Source of the DNA: Deltaproteobacteria bacterium
Lineage (GTDB): Bacteria; Desulfobacterota; Desulfobulbia; Desulfobulbales; SURF-16
Length of the DNA stretch: 64,000 nucleotides
NCBI GenBank assembly: GCA_029933005.1
Contig: JAOZOY010000002.1
Location: 22,694-86,693, forward strand
Direction: 5' to 3'
The position numbers were made by a program, and so were the translations under genes. Of this stretch, positions 56,215-64,000 are shown one piece after another. The stretch's first letter is position 1; each line of letters begins with the position of its first letter. The notes below the pieces were generated by a model, which was not told the DNA's origin, made no database searches, and saw only the letters and a list, made by a program, of their open reading frames with translations.

Positions 56215-56970
56215 ATGGAAATAACCTTTCTCGGGGTTGGCGAGGCCTGTGACTGCAGCTATCCAAACACATCGATATTGCTGAAAAGTGATATTGGCCG
56301 GAGTTTTCTTCTCGACTGTGGTTTTACCGTGCCCCATGAGTACTTTCGGTTCTGTACTGATCCGGACGAACTGGATGCTTTGTGGATTTCTCATTTTCAT
56401 GGAGATCATTTTTTTGGGGTTCCACTGCTGCTTCTCAGGTTTTGGGAGATGGGCAGAATTAAACCTTTGCAGATTATCGGTCAATTTTGCGTTGAAAATA
56501 AAATTCAGGCGGTCATGGATCTGGCCTATCCGAATTTTGGCAAAAAATTGCAGTACGATCTTGAATTTGTGAACATCGATTTTGGAGAATCTTTAGTGGT
56601 TTCGGATCTCGGGCTGAGAACTGCCGAAATCTCTCATTCCCAACCCTGTCTGGCCCTGAGACTTGATGAGGGTGAAAAGAGTTTGTTCTACAGTGGTGAC
56701 GGCCGGCCTACGGCGGCAACTCTGGAGCTGGCGCATGGTTGTAACCTTGTTATCCATGAGGCTTTCAAGTTGTCGGATGAGGTGCCCGGCCATGGTAGTG
56801 TGCGTGGCTGTCTTGATTTCTGTCGCAGGGCCCATGCGTATCGGCTTGCTCTGGTTCATCTGAATCGTCAGGTCAGGCGGGAGGAGATAGATCAAATACG
56901 GGTCATGATTGACACTGCTTCCGGCTTGGATGCTTTTCTGCCGGAACCTGGAGATGTTGTTAAACTTTGA
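56215..56970 (+). CDS. MBL-fold metallo-hydrolase (RNase Z/ElaC-like)
   Basis: HFHGDH metal motif, and further His/Asp (DGRP, HEA, VHLN) at the expected spacing. Confidence 0.8.
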   Translation: MEITFLGVGEACDCSYPNTSILLKSDIGRSFLLDCGFTVPHEYFRFCTDPDELDALWISHFHGDHFFGVPLLLLRFWEMGRIKPLQIIGQFCVENKIQAVMDLAYPNFGKKLQYDLEFVNIDFGESLVVSDLGLRTAEISHSQPCLALRLDEGEKSLFYSGDGRPTAATLELAHGCNLVIHEAFKLSDEVPGHGSVRGCLDFCRRAHAYRLALVHLNRQVRREEIDQIRVMIDTASGLDAFLPEPGDVVKL

Positions 56971-57024
56971 TGTTTTATTAAATTTCTAATTGCTTGAATC
57001 TGCAAGAATTTTCCAAAAAGACGA

Positions 57025-57180
57025 GTAAATATTCGGCTAGCACCCCATCTTTGAACGATCAGGCCTACTCGCATATGAATCAATATAGCTCACAGACCTG
57101 ATCGTCCAAATATGGGCCACTATCCAAAATTTACATTTCGGTGGTTTTTGTAATAATTTATTATCAAGCCGAATGTTTAC
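57025..57180. mobile_element. hairpin MITE copy B3 (inverted relative to B2)
   Basis: Termini are GTAAATATTCGGC and GCCGAATGTTTAC. A perfect 8-bp direct repeat AAAGACGA sits at 57017-57024 and 57181-57188. The first 21 nt are identical to the reverse complement of the B2 3' end. Confidence 0.75.
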
Positions 57181-57251
57181 AAAGACGATGGATGAATACT
57201 GATAGTTCAGTATTCTTTTTTTGCCATGAGCCTTCACCACAGACGATCATT

Positions 57252-58310
57252 ATGATAAAAGAAAAAAAAAGAGTGCAGGATGAAAAAATATTTAAAATTA
57301 CCATCTGGATCATTTTTCTGCTGCTCATTATTACTATTTTAAAAAAACTTGCCTTGCTGTTTATCCCTTTCAGTATTTCTCTTCTTCTTTGCTATGCTCT
57401 GGGTATCCCACTTGATCTACTGCGGCGTCTTCGGGTTCCCAGGTTTTTACGGATATTTGTGGTGGTGCTGTTTGTTTTTGTTATTGTTTACCTCTTTGGC
57501 AGGGTTTTGGCATCCAATATTAGAGAATTTCATGGGCAGTTTCCAGTTTTTGAGGAGAAATTCTGGAGCTATGTCAATATTTTACTGTCCCGGTTTGATG
57601 TTACTCCGGCCCAGGTTCGGGAAAGTTATGATGGATTCCTTTCGAATCTTGAGGGGGCGGACTTTAAATCAATGGGCTCCTTTGTTCAGCGTTTGGGCGG
57701 GGAATTTTTTTCTTTTCTGGGGAATGCAATCTGGGTTGCCCTGTTTATGATTTTTATGCTGGCTGAACAGGACGGATTTGACAAACGAGTTGCCCGCGCC
57801 TTTGGAGAGGAATTTTCCGTTTCGATTCTTGAGGCCTTGAGCCGCATCAATAAGGCTGTTCAGGATTATCTGGGCCTCAAGACGCTGATTAGTTTTTTTA
57901 CCGGTATTTTGGTTTTCATTGCCCTTTTCTTGTTTGACGTTCCATTTGCCGTGCTCTGGGGAATGCTGGCCTTTCTCTTAAATTTTATACCGAATATCGG
58001 TTCTATGATTGCGGTCGTGCCACCGGTGCTCATCACTCTGTTTCACTTTGGCTCGCTGTCAAAAACTATTGGAGTTTGTGTGGTACTGCTTGCTATTCAA
58101 GTAGTGGTGGGTAGTTTTGTTGAACCGAAAATAATGGGTAAAGGATTGAACCTGAGTCCGCTGACAGTGCTGTTTGCCCTGCTTTTCTGGGGATGGATGT
58201 GGGGGATCCCTGGCATGCTTTTGTCCGTCCCTTTGACTGCGGCAATCAAAATCGCCTTCGAACAGCTGGAGGCCACCCGGCCTATTGCCCTGATGATGGC
58301 CGGTGACTAG
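57252..58310 (+). CDS. AI-2E family (PerM/YhhT-like) transporter
   Basis: Multi-TM protein with the family's conserved C-terminal block (FIPNIGSMIAVVPP...GWMWGIPGMLLSVPLTA). ATG 57252 is chosen because the longer ORF start lies inside MITE B3. Confidence 0.8.
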   Translation: MIKEKKRVQDEKIFKITIWIIFLLLIITILKKLALLFIPFSISLLLCYALGIPLDLLRRLRVPRFLRIFVVVLFVFVIVYLFGRVLASNIREFHGQFPVFEEKFWSYVNILLSRFDVTPAQVRESYDGFLSNLEGADFKSMGSFVQRLGGEFFSFLGNAIWVALFMIFMLAEQDGFDKRVARAFGEEFSVSILEALSRINKAVQDYLGLKTLISFFTGILVFIALFLFDVPFAVLWGMLAFLLNFIPNIGSMIAVVPPVLITLFHFGSLSKTIGVCVVLLAIQVVVGSFVEPKIMGKGLNLSPLTVLFALLFWGWMWGIPGMLLSVPLTAAIKIAFEQLEATRPIALMMAGD

Positions 58311-58415
58311 GTTGCGTGTAATTGATTAATTGTAGAGTGGACTAGAGAGCTGTTTACCCATTTCACTCCGTGATTGGTTGCGGTTGCAATAGAAAAAGAA
58401 ATGATTACAATACGG

Positions 58416-58608
58416 GTAAGCGTTCATTAGCACCTCATCTTCGCCCGTTTCGGAGTCTCGTACTCGCCTTACCTGACCTGCTCGCATAGCACCAGTATGC
58501 TGCGTAGGCCCAGGTAAAAGCACCCTTAAAAGCTGGAGGGTATGAGGGTATAAGGAGGGTATAACCTTTGACTTTGAATGAACGACGAAGGCACTGGTAA
58601 ACGCTTAC
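58416..58608. mobile_element. hairpin MITE copy A3
   Basis: Termini are GTAAGCGTTCATT and GGTAAACGCTTAC, with apex CATAGCACCAGTATGCTGCG. The 3' arm carries an extra GAGGGTAT x3 mini-repeat (58534-58563). No flanking duplication found. Confidence 0.55.
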
Positions 58609-58723
58609 GGCTATTTAATTTAGCGAAATCTGTGCTTCTGCTGAGAGATTACCATTACAGATAGTTCGGTTTGGCAACGAGGTTTTTCAAAAAATATAGA
58701 TGTTTTTCAGGAGGAAATGATCG

Positions 58724-59428
58724 ATGTATAATAATGTTGTTTCATCAAGCCAAGCCCAATCGCAGGCTTCGACCCTGTTTCTGGCGATGGTTTTTAAATG
58801 GATGGCCCTGGGGCTGGCCCTTACCGGTCTGACAGCTTTTTTTGTGGTTCATTCTCAGGCCGCCATTCAGATTTTTTTGGTAAACCCGGTGATGCGCTGG
58901 GGTATTATTATTGGTGAATTAGGTCTGGTTTTTTATCTCTCGGCCAGAATTGAGCGCCTTTCACCTCAGGCTGCCACGGCTCTCTTTTTTGTTTATGCTG
59001 CTTTGAACGGGATTACTTTATCGGTGATTCTGCTGATCTATACGGCGACATCCGTGGCATCGACTTTTTTTATCACGGCCGGTATGTTCGGCGCTATGGC
59101 TATTTATGGTCTGGTGACCAAAAAAGACCTCAGTACCATGGGTTCTTTTATGTTCATGGGATTGATCGGCGTGATTCTGGCTTCGGTTGTGAATATTTTT
59201 ATGCAGAGTTCCATGATGTCCTGGGTTATCTCGGGCATCGGCGTAATCGTTTTTACAGGTCTTACTGCTTATGATGTCCAGAAAATCACCCAGATCGGCG
59301 CATCAGGGATTATGCGTAGTGGTGAAGCAGCGATCCGCAAGGGAGCCATTATGGGCGCCCTTGCTCTTTATCTTGATTTTATTAATCTGTTTTTGAGCTT
59401 GCTGCATTTTATGGGGAATCGTGAATAG
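58724..59428 (+). CDS. Bax inhibitor-1/YccA family membrane protein
   Basis: Seven TM helices, with the family pattern F...VY.WM..GL..T ... the C-terminal DFINLFL.LL. Confidence 0.85.
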   Translation: MYNNVVSSSQAQSQASTLFLAMVFKWMALGLALTGLTAFFVVHSQAAIQIFLVNPVMRWGIIIGELGLVFYLSARIERLSPQAATALFFVYAALNGITLSVILLIYTATSVASTFFITAGMFGAMAIYGLVTKKDLSTMGSFMFMGLIGVILASVVNIFMQSSMMSWVISGIGVIVFTGLTAYDVQKITQIGASGIMRSGEAAIRKGAIMGALALYLDFINLFLSLLHFMGNRE

Positions 59429-59469
59429 GGTTTCAATTTTTCCGATTATCGGGAGATTATCGTTGAATA

Positions 59470-59511
59470 AAAATGCCGGTCCCGCTGTTTTTTATCGGGA
59501 CCGGCATTTTT
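59470..59511. terminator. bidirectional rho-independent terminator
   Basis: AAAATGCCGGTCCC-loop-GGGACCGGCATTTTT. Confidence 0.75.
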
Positions 59512-59534
59512 GCGTAAAGCCTTTATTGGCATTT

Positions 59535-59594
59535 TTCACAGAGACGCAGAGGCACAGAGAAAAACTTTTGAGTTCTGTGCCTCAGTGAGAGATT
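59535..59594. repeat. short hairpin repeat, family D copy 3
   Basis: TTCACAGAGACGCAGAGGCACAGAG-aaaaacttttgagtt-CTGTGCCTCAGTGAGAGATT. Confidence 0.4.
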
Positions 59595-59666
59595 TTTTAA
59601 ATTTCGTTATAGAAACAAGATAACCGTTCACCGGGGTCTATAAGATTACGAAACAAGACATGCGGG

Positions 59667-60581
59667 TTAGTAAAGTTTTTCATATTTCCTTGCTAACGCA
59701 TCCAGCCTGTCCACATATTTGTCCCTGTTTTTTAATCCCTGACTGACTTCTATCTCATCAAGCAAAGAGTTGATCGGATATCTGATGTCGATGCCAAATT
59801 GGTTTATGTTTTGTTCATTTGCTCTATCAAGGATAAGAATGCAGTAGTATCGGGTCAGCATTCGGATGTTAACTTTTCGTCTGAATAGATAGGATTGACC
59901 TCCCAGGGTATTGAGAAAAAAACCGGCATAATTGTAAAGGCTTTCCACGGGAAGTCGTGGTTGATCAGGGTTTTTGCATTTGCTATCTAGTTCAGACCAT
60001 TGGAAAAAATGGGCCATGGTTGTTTCAATGATCTCATCTTCGTTTGTCAGGATATCTTTTATAATTTTAATATTTTCTCCGCCCAGGACTCTGTAAAAGT
60101 GAGCGGTATTTTTAAGAATTGTAAAAAGATTATCGGTTTCCCTGATAACACTGGGTGGATTTGTCGACATTTGAAGAGAAATTTCCCGAAAAAACTTTTT
60201 TGATCCTCCGGAAATTTTGTACGCTTGAAAATAGGCTTGTCCATCAAGATGATTGAAAAAACTGTCAAGTTGTTGTTCCGTGCTGAGGCAGGGATCGGCA
60301 GGATCGATGTTGACCGGTGCCTGTTTGTAAATTGTCTCAGAAACAGGTATTTCAACTTTTTCCTCATTTACCTCAATCTGCTCTGAATATAGGTGCGGCG
60401 GAGAATTTTTTTCAGGAGGCGCAATCTGTTCATCGCAACCCGATTTTTCGATGTCTATGACTTCTTTTCTTGGCGTCTGTTGATTCCAAAAAAAATATAA
60501 TAGGCCTGCAGAGACGATCAGAACCAAAAGAATTAAAATAATCAGGGTGTTGCCGGTTTGGGCTGTTTTTATTTTTGGCAT
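59667..60581 (-). CDS. membrane-anchored hypothetical protein
   Basis: Single N-terminal TM helix (LIILILLVLIVSAGLLYFF). No motif recognised. Confidence 0.55.
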   Translation of the reverse strand: MPKIKTAQTGNTLIILILLVLIVSAGLLYFFWNQQTPRKEVIDIEKSGCDEQIAPPEKNSPPHLYSEQIEVNEEKVEIPVSETIYKQAPVNIDPADPCLSTEQQLDSFFNHLDGQAYFQAYKISGGSKKFFREISLQMSTNPPSVIRETDNLFTILKNTAHFYRVLGGENIKIIKDILTNEDEIIETTMAHFFQWSELDSKCKNPDQPRLPVESLYNYAGFFLNTLGGQSYLFRRKVNIRMLTRYYCILILDRANEQNINQFGIDIRYPINSLLDEIEVSQGLKNRDKYVDRLDALARKYEKLY

Positions 60582-60979
60582 GTCATTTTCCCTTGATGTG
60601 TTTTAGTCATTTTAAGAGGTTGGATGTGGACAGTCACTACTATAACGGCACTATTTTTACTGAATAGTTATCTTTTATTAACGTAAAAAATAAATTATTG
60701 CTCTTAATAATTTCAATAAGTTATAATGATAAAAATTATGAAGCGTACTGCATGAAAAGGAGATGTGATTGTAATCGATCGCAGGGTAAATTATCAGACT
60801 TCAAATAGCCTCCATTCCAGTAAGTGGTTACAGGGTGCCGGAGATGCGAGGCATTGGGCTGTGAGCTATATATCAGTATGCGATTATGCCGATAATACCC
60901 CACAAGGGGGCATAAACTCCGCAGATTCGGTGCCCTGTGATCGCGTATAAGTAGAGTTGGCTAATGAGTAGGACTTGGG

Positions 60980-61363
60980 ATGAAACAGAAAATACTTGTT
61001 GTGGATGATTCAAAGGTCATGCGGCGGATTATTGCCGGTTATTTAAACAGAATGAGTTTGACTAATGTTATTGAGGCATCAAGCGGCAGACAGGCTTTGG
61101 ATATTCTTGCCACGGAAGATATTGATCTCGTTATTTCCGACTGGTCGATGCAGGGGACAACCGGACTCGATGTATTACGAAGTGTTCGTTTGAGCAAATC
61201 ACAGGGAGACCTGCCTTTCGTTATGGTTACCGCGGAAGCGCAACTGTCTCATATCCTGGAGGCCTTCAGGGCACAGGTAAACCGGTATATCGTGAAACCC
61301 TTTTCTTATCGTCAGTTTGAATATGTTATCGGCATTTTTTTGCTGGTTGGATCTGCCAAATGA
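60980..61363 (+). CDS. CheY-like single-domain response regulator
   Basis: ILVVDDS...VISDWSMQGTTG...MVTA...KP receiver pattern over 127 aa. Confidence 0.85.
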   Translation: MKQKILVVDDSKVMRRIIAGYLNRMSLTNVIEASSGRQALDILATEDIDLVISDWSMQGTTGLDVLRSVRLSKSQGDLPFVMVTAEAQLSHILEAFRAQVNRYIVKPFSYRQFEYVIGIFLLVGSAK

Positions 61364-61914
61364 ATTTTATGCAAGAAAAAGACAAGAAAAAAGGCAAAAA
61401 AAGTTGGTATCAAAAATATCTGCCTTTTGTTGCCCGCAGTCCGGAGATGCAGATAGAATGGTTAGTTTCCTCCCTTAAGAAAAAAAGGTTGACCAGAGAG
61501 GAGATTGCTCCTTATGTCCATTTATTCCTGGAAGATGATCAAAATAATGATTTCGATCGTTTGAAAACGTTGTTTCAGGGGCTGGATAAACAGGCTCTGG
61601 ATGATTTGCTTGTGACAGTAGATATTTATGATACGCCAAAACTGTTTCGGCTCCTGCCGGAACCTACTTTGCCGCAGGCCGTGATAGCTCTGAAAAAACA
61701 TTTGCCCCCGTACGAAAAAAAACCTCAAAAAGTGATAGATGAGGTCTTTTTTGCTGTTAATGAGCGTTCAGGGGAGCTTTTGCAATGGGCTGCAGGCTCA
61801 TTATTGGACAAAGGTGAGGTTGCTTCACATTTTCAGAAAAATTATGAAATGTTTTTGGAACTTTTACATGATGAAAATTTTTTGATTTCCATTTACCCCA
61901 ATACAAAAAGGTGA
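61360..61914 (+). CDS. hypothetical protein coupled (ATGA overlap) to the CheY-like gene
   Basis: 4-nt start/stop overlap with 60980..61363. Helical and Lys-rich, with no motif recognised. Confidence 0.55.
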   Translation: MNFMQEKDKKKGKKSWYQKYLPFVARSPEMQIEWLVSSLKKKRLTREEIAPYVHLFLEDDQNNDFDRLKTLFQGLDKQALDDLLVTVDIYDTPKLFRLLPEPTLPQAVIALKKHLPPYEKKPQKVIDEVFFAVNERSGELLQWAAGSLLDKGEVASHFQKNYEMFLELLHDENFLISIYPNTKR

Positions 61915-62104
61915 AAGTTTTCTTTTAAAAAGAAATAAATCGATCTGGTATGATATATGCTTATATTTGTTAGAGAAACTGGAGTGGCGAGCTGATGAAA
62001 AGTACCGGATTATCGATAATCGTTGTCGCAGACTGCTTTCTTGAGGCGGAGAAGACAATTATGAAATTTAAAACATCCATCACTTTTAGGTTAAAAAAGT
62101 AATA

Positions 62105-62146
62105 AAAAAGTTTCAGCAAATAATTTTTTGCTGAAACTCTTTTTTT
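62105..62146. terminator. bidirectional rho-independent terminator
   Basis: A-run, then AGTTTCAGCAAA-taattt-TTTGCTGAAACT, then a T-run. Confidence 0.75.
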
Positions 62147-62233
62147 AAAATAGGTATTAATTAATACCTTTGGCGGAAGATTTCTGAAAAGATGTTTTTT
62201 GCCATCTCCCACTTTTTCCACATCGAACATCTA

Positions 62234-62479
62234 TTATTTCTTTCCGGCAGCAGCTCGTTTTGACGCCTTAAGCGGATTGATTTTGACCTGATTTGTTGAA
62301 ATTTCAGGTTTGACGTGGGTTGCGAAGTTACAGATGCCAAGTTTCCATTTGGCTTCAGGAATGGCATAACTTTGACAGTATTTTGAATTGTTTGTTTCAA
62401 CGATTCTTTCGCACCCTTCACATTTATCAATAATAGGATGAAAAAAACCGCTGTTTTGTAGCTCTGTGACTGTTGCCAT
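62234..62479 (-). CDS. PxxKW-family cysteine-rich small protein
   Basis: CEGCERIV...YCQSYAIPEAKWKLGICNFATH (Cys pairs plus PEAKW). ATG 62479 is preceded by AGGAGG. The family name is recalled from memory, not searched. Confidence 0.55.
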   Translation of the reverse strand: MATVTELQNSGFFHPIIDKCEGCERIVETNNSKYCQSYAIPEAKWKLGICNFATHVKPEISTNQVKINPLKASKRAAAGKK

Positions 62480-63073
62480 GACAGTAAACCTCCTGATCAT
62501 GCTATTTGGAAAAAGATAATTAGTTTGGAGTTCCGCAATTTTTGGTGTGCAGCTAAGCACCCCCCTTCAGAATAAGAACGGAGCATAGTCCGACTTCGGT
62601 GCGTACCCTGCTTTTTTAAGGTATTTGTTTTTTCCAGAGTGGCGATTCCTACCATTGGAGAAGGATGACCTCGTTCCAAAATTCTAAACTCGGGAATTAG
62701 CTCAAAAGAATATTTAATTATAGGAAAATAAGCAGCCTGTCAACGAGAATCTCTTTCAAAGAGAAGAAAGTGATCGAAAAAACGAATAGTAGCAGAAAAA
62801 AACAGTAAAAATGAAAAATATTAACCTTCCAGTTGAGTTTCAAAAAATCTTGTTATAAAATTTAATTATCTCATATGAAAAGATACATTATCCCAAGCCG
62901 GCCAAGTCGGTAGAATTCCGCATACGTTTGCTGGAATGTGAATTTAAAATATTGACCATCATCTACGCCTTGACGTAGATGTTAATAGAGAGACTGTTGC
63001 GACTTTTACAAAGTCATCAAAAAATGGGTTTTGATTTTTTAAAGTCCGTCAGTTTGAGCAAAAGGATTGCATT

Positions 63074-64000
63074 ATGCCTGTTTATGTTTGGAAAGGATTA
63101 AACTCATACGGTGAGAAACGTAAAGGAAAACTTGACGCGATCAATGAGATTGCAGCCAAAGCGCAGCTGAAGAAAATCAGGATCAAGCTAGATTCCCTGA
63201 AAGAAGCGCCCAAGGATATTTTTGCAAACATTGAAATCTTCAAGCCGAAAGTGACCGGAAGGGATGTTGTGATTTTTACCCGGCAGCTTTCAACGATGAT
63301 TGATGCCGGACTGCCACTGGTTCAGAGTCTGCAGATTCTTGGGGATCAACAGGAAAACCCAACATTTAAAAAGGTGCTTACTGAAATCAGGGTGGATGTT
63401 GAAACAGGAACCACGTTTGCCGATGCCATGAAAAAACATCCCAAGATTTTTGATAACCTTTTCTGTAACATGATTGATGCAGGTGAGGTGGGAGGTATAC
63501 TTGATACTATTCTTAGTCGTCTTGCCGAGTTCATGGAAAAAAGCATGATCTTGAAAAAGAAGGTTAAGGGGGCCATGACTTATCCGGTGATCTGTCTCTG
63601 TATTTCTTTTGTGATTACCGCAGTCATTATGATTTTTGTTGTTCCTGTTTTTTCAAAGATGTTTGCTGATTTCGGTTCCTCCCTTCCGGCGATGACTCAG
63701 ATGGTTGTTAATATGAGTGAGTTTTTTAAAAGTAATTTTATGTTTATAGCGGGTGGCATCGCTTTTATCATTGTTCTTATTAAAAAAATTTACAGTACTG
63801 AAAAAGGAAGAAAAAAAATTGATATTTTGCTGCTCAAGGCGCCGGTTTTTGGCCCGTTAATTCGTAAAATTGCCGTGGCAAAATTTAGCAGAACACTGGG
63901 GACCATGATGAAAAGTGGTGTGCCGATCCTGGATTCCCTGACGGTTGTCGCCAAAACGGCCGGAAATAAGGTGATTGAGGAGGCTGTGTTCCGGGTGGCG
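63074..64000 (+). CDS. pilC: type IV pilus assembly protein PilC (GspF family), 3' end cut by window edge
   Basis: The frame is open from ATG 63074 to the window end (309 codons) and is absent from the ORF track because it has no stop. Motifs: MPVYVWKGLNSYGEKRKGKLDA..., FTRQLSTMIDAGLPLVQSL, and a second repeat FSRTLGTMMKSGVPILDSL. Confidence 0.85.
   Translation, partial: MPVYVWKGLNSYGEKRKGKLDAINEIAAKAQLKKIRIKLDSLKEAPKDIFANIEIFKPKVTGRDVVIFTRQLSTMIDAGLPLVQSLQILGDQQENPTFKKVLTEIRVDVETGTTFADAMKKHPKIFDNLFCNMIDAGEVGGILDTILSRLAEFMEKSMILKKKVKGAMTYPVICLCISFVITAVIMIFVVPVFSKMFADFGSSLPAMTQMVVNMSEFFKSNFMFIAGGIAFIIVLIKKIYSTEKGRKKIDILLLKAPVFGPLIRKIAVAKFSRTLGTMMKSGVPILDSLTVVAKTAGNKVIEEAVFRVA

Noticed and set aside
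57141-57251. Longer start of the AI-2E transporter ORF
   Set aside because: The extension begins inside MITE B3 and its target-site duplication (ending at 57188). ATG 57252 gives a normal N-terminus.
1929-58608. CRISPR array or retron interpretation of the recurring hairpin repeats
   Set aside because: The copies are dispersed singly, not arrayed with spacers. They have inverted termini and target-site duplications, and there are no cas or reverse-transcriptase genes in the window.
61995-62102. 35-codon ORF (MKSTGLSIIVVADCFLEAEKTIMKFKTSITFRLKK) just before the 62105 terminator
   Set aside because: The SD sequence is distant and weak, and conservation cannot be assessed. It is not reported as a gene, though a small protein cannot be excluded.

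Overview
This 64-kb chromosomal window looks like a sulfate-reducing Desulfobacterota (Desulfobulbales-like) genome. That assignment is an inference from gene content: Sat, b558-type SdhCAB, and many sigma-54, two-component and c-di-GMP genes. I found no rRNA, tRNA, CRISPR array or transposase gene.

Gene order:
- A chemotaxis tail (HDOD protein, cheB), ogt, a PBP5-type carboxypeptidase, and a frameshifted tatC.
- A flagellar filament locus: fliD, fliC, fliS, flaG.
- sat, aroB, and a phosphatase fusion protein.
- A sigma-54 activator, followed by a sensor operon and a cytoplasmic molybdopterin oxidoreductase / FeS / TauE locus.
- An EMC3/DUF106-like membrane protein and a PpsA-like enzyme.
- A 1.7-kb non-coding island.
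- A tandemly duplicated two-gene signalling cassette (cNMP-binding methyltransferase plus membrane PAS/HD-GYP).
- A KamA-like radical SAM gene with a NirA-like half-domain gene, then pflX-like and sdhCAB.
- Malic enzyme, a hybrid histidine kinase, an EamA transporter, and a 1368-aa SNF2 helicase.
- An MBL hydrolase, an AI-2E transporter, a BI-1 protein, a CheY-like pair, a PxxKW Cys-rich gene, and a 3'-truncated pilC that is missing from the ORF track.

Most notable non-obvious signals:
1. A dense superfamily of 60-190-nt hairpin MITEs with GTAA... inverted termini. Four copies have perfect 8-bp target-site duplications.
2. The duplicated cNMP-methyltransferase / HD-GYP cassette.
3. Two promoter-plus-terminator units with no ORF that share a CU-rich anti-Shine-Dalgarno seed. 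One has a correctly spaced sigma-54 promoter.
4. tatC broken at a T9 tract, just downstream of a heptanucleotide tandem repeat.

All calls rest on reading the sequence and on remembered family motifs. No database search was run.
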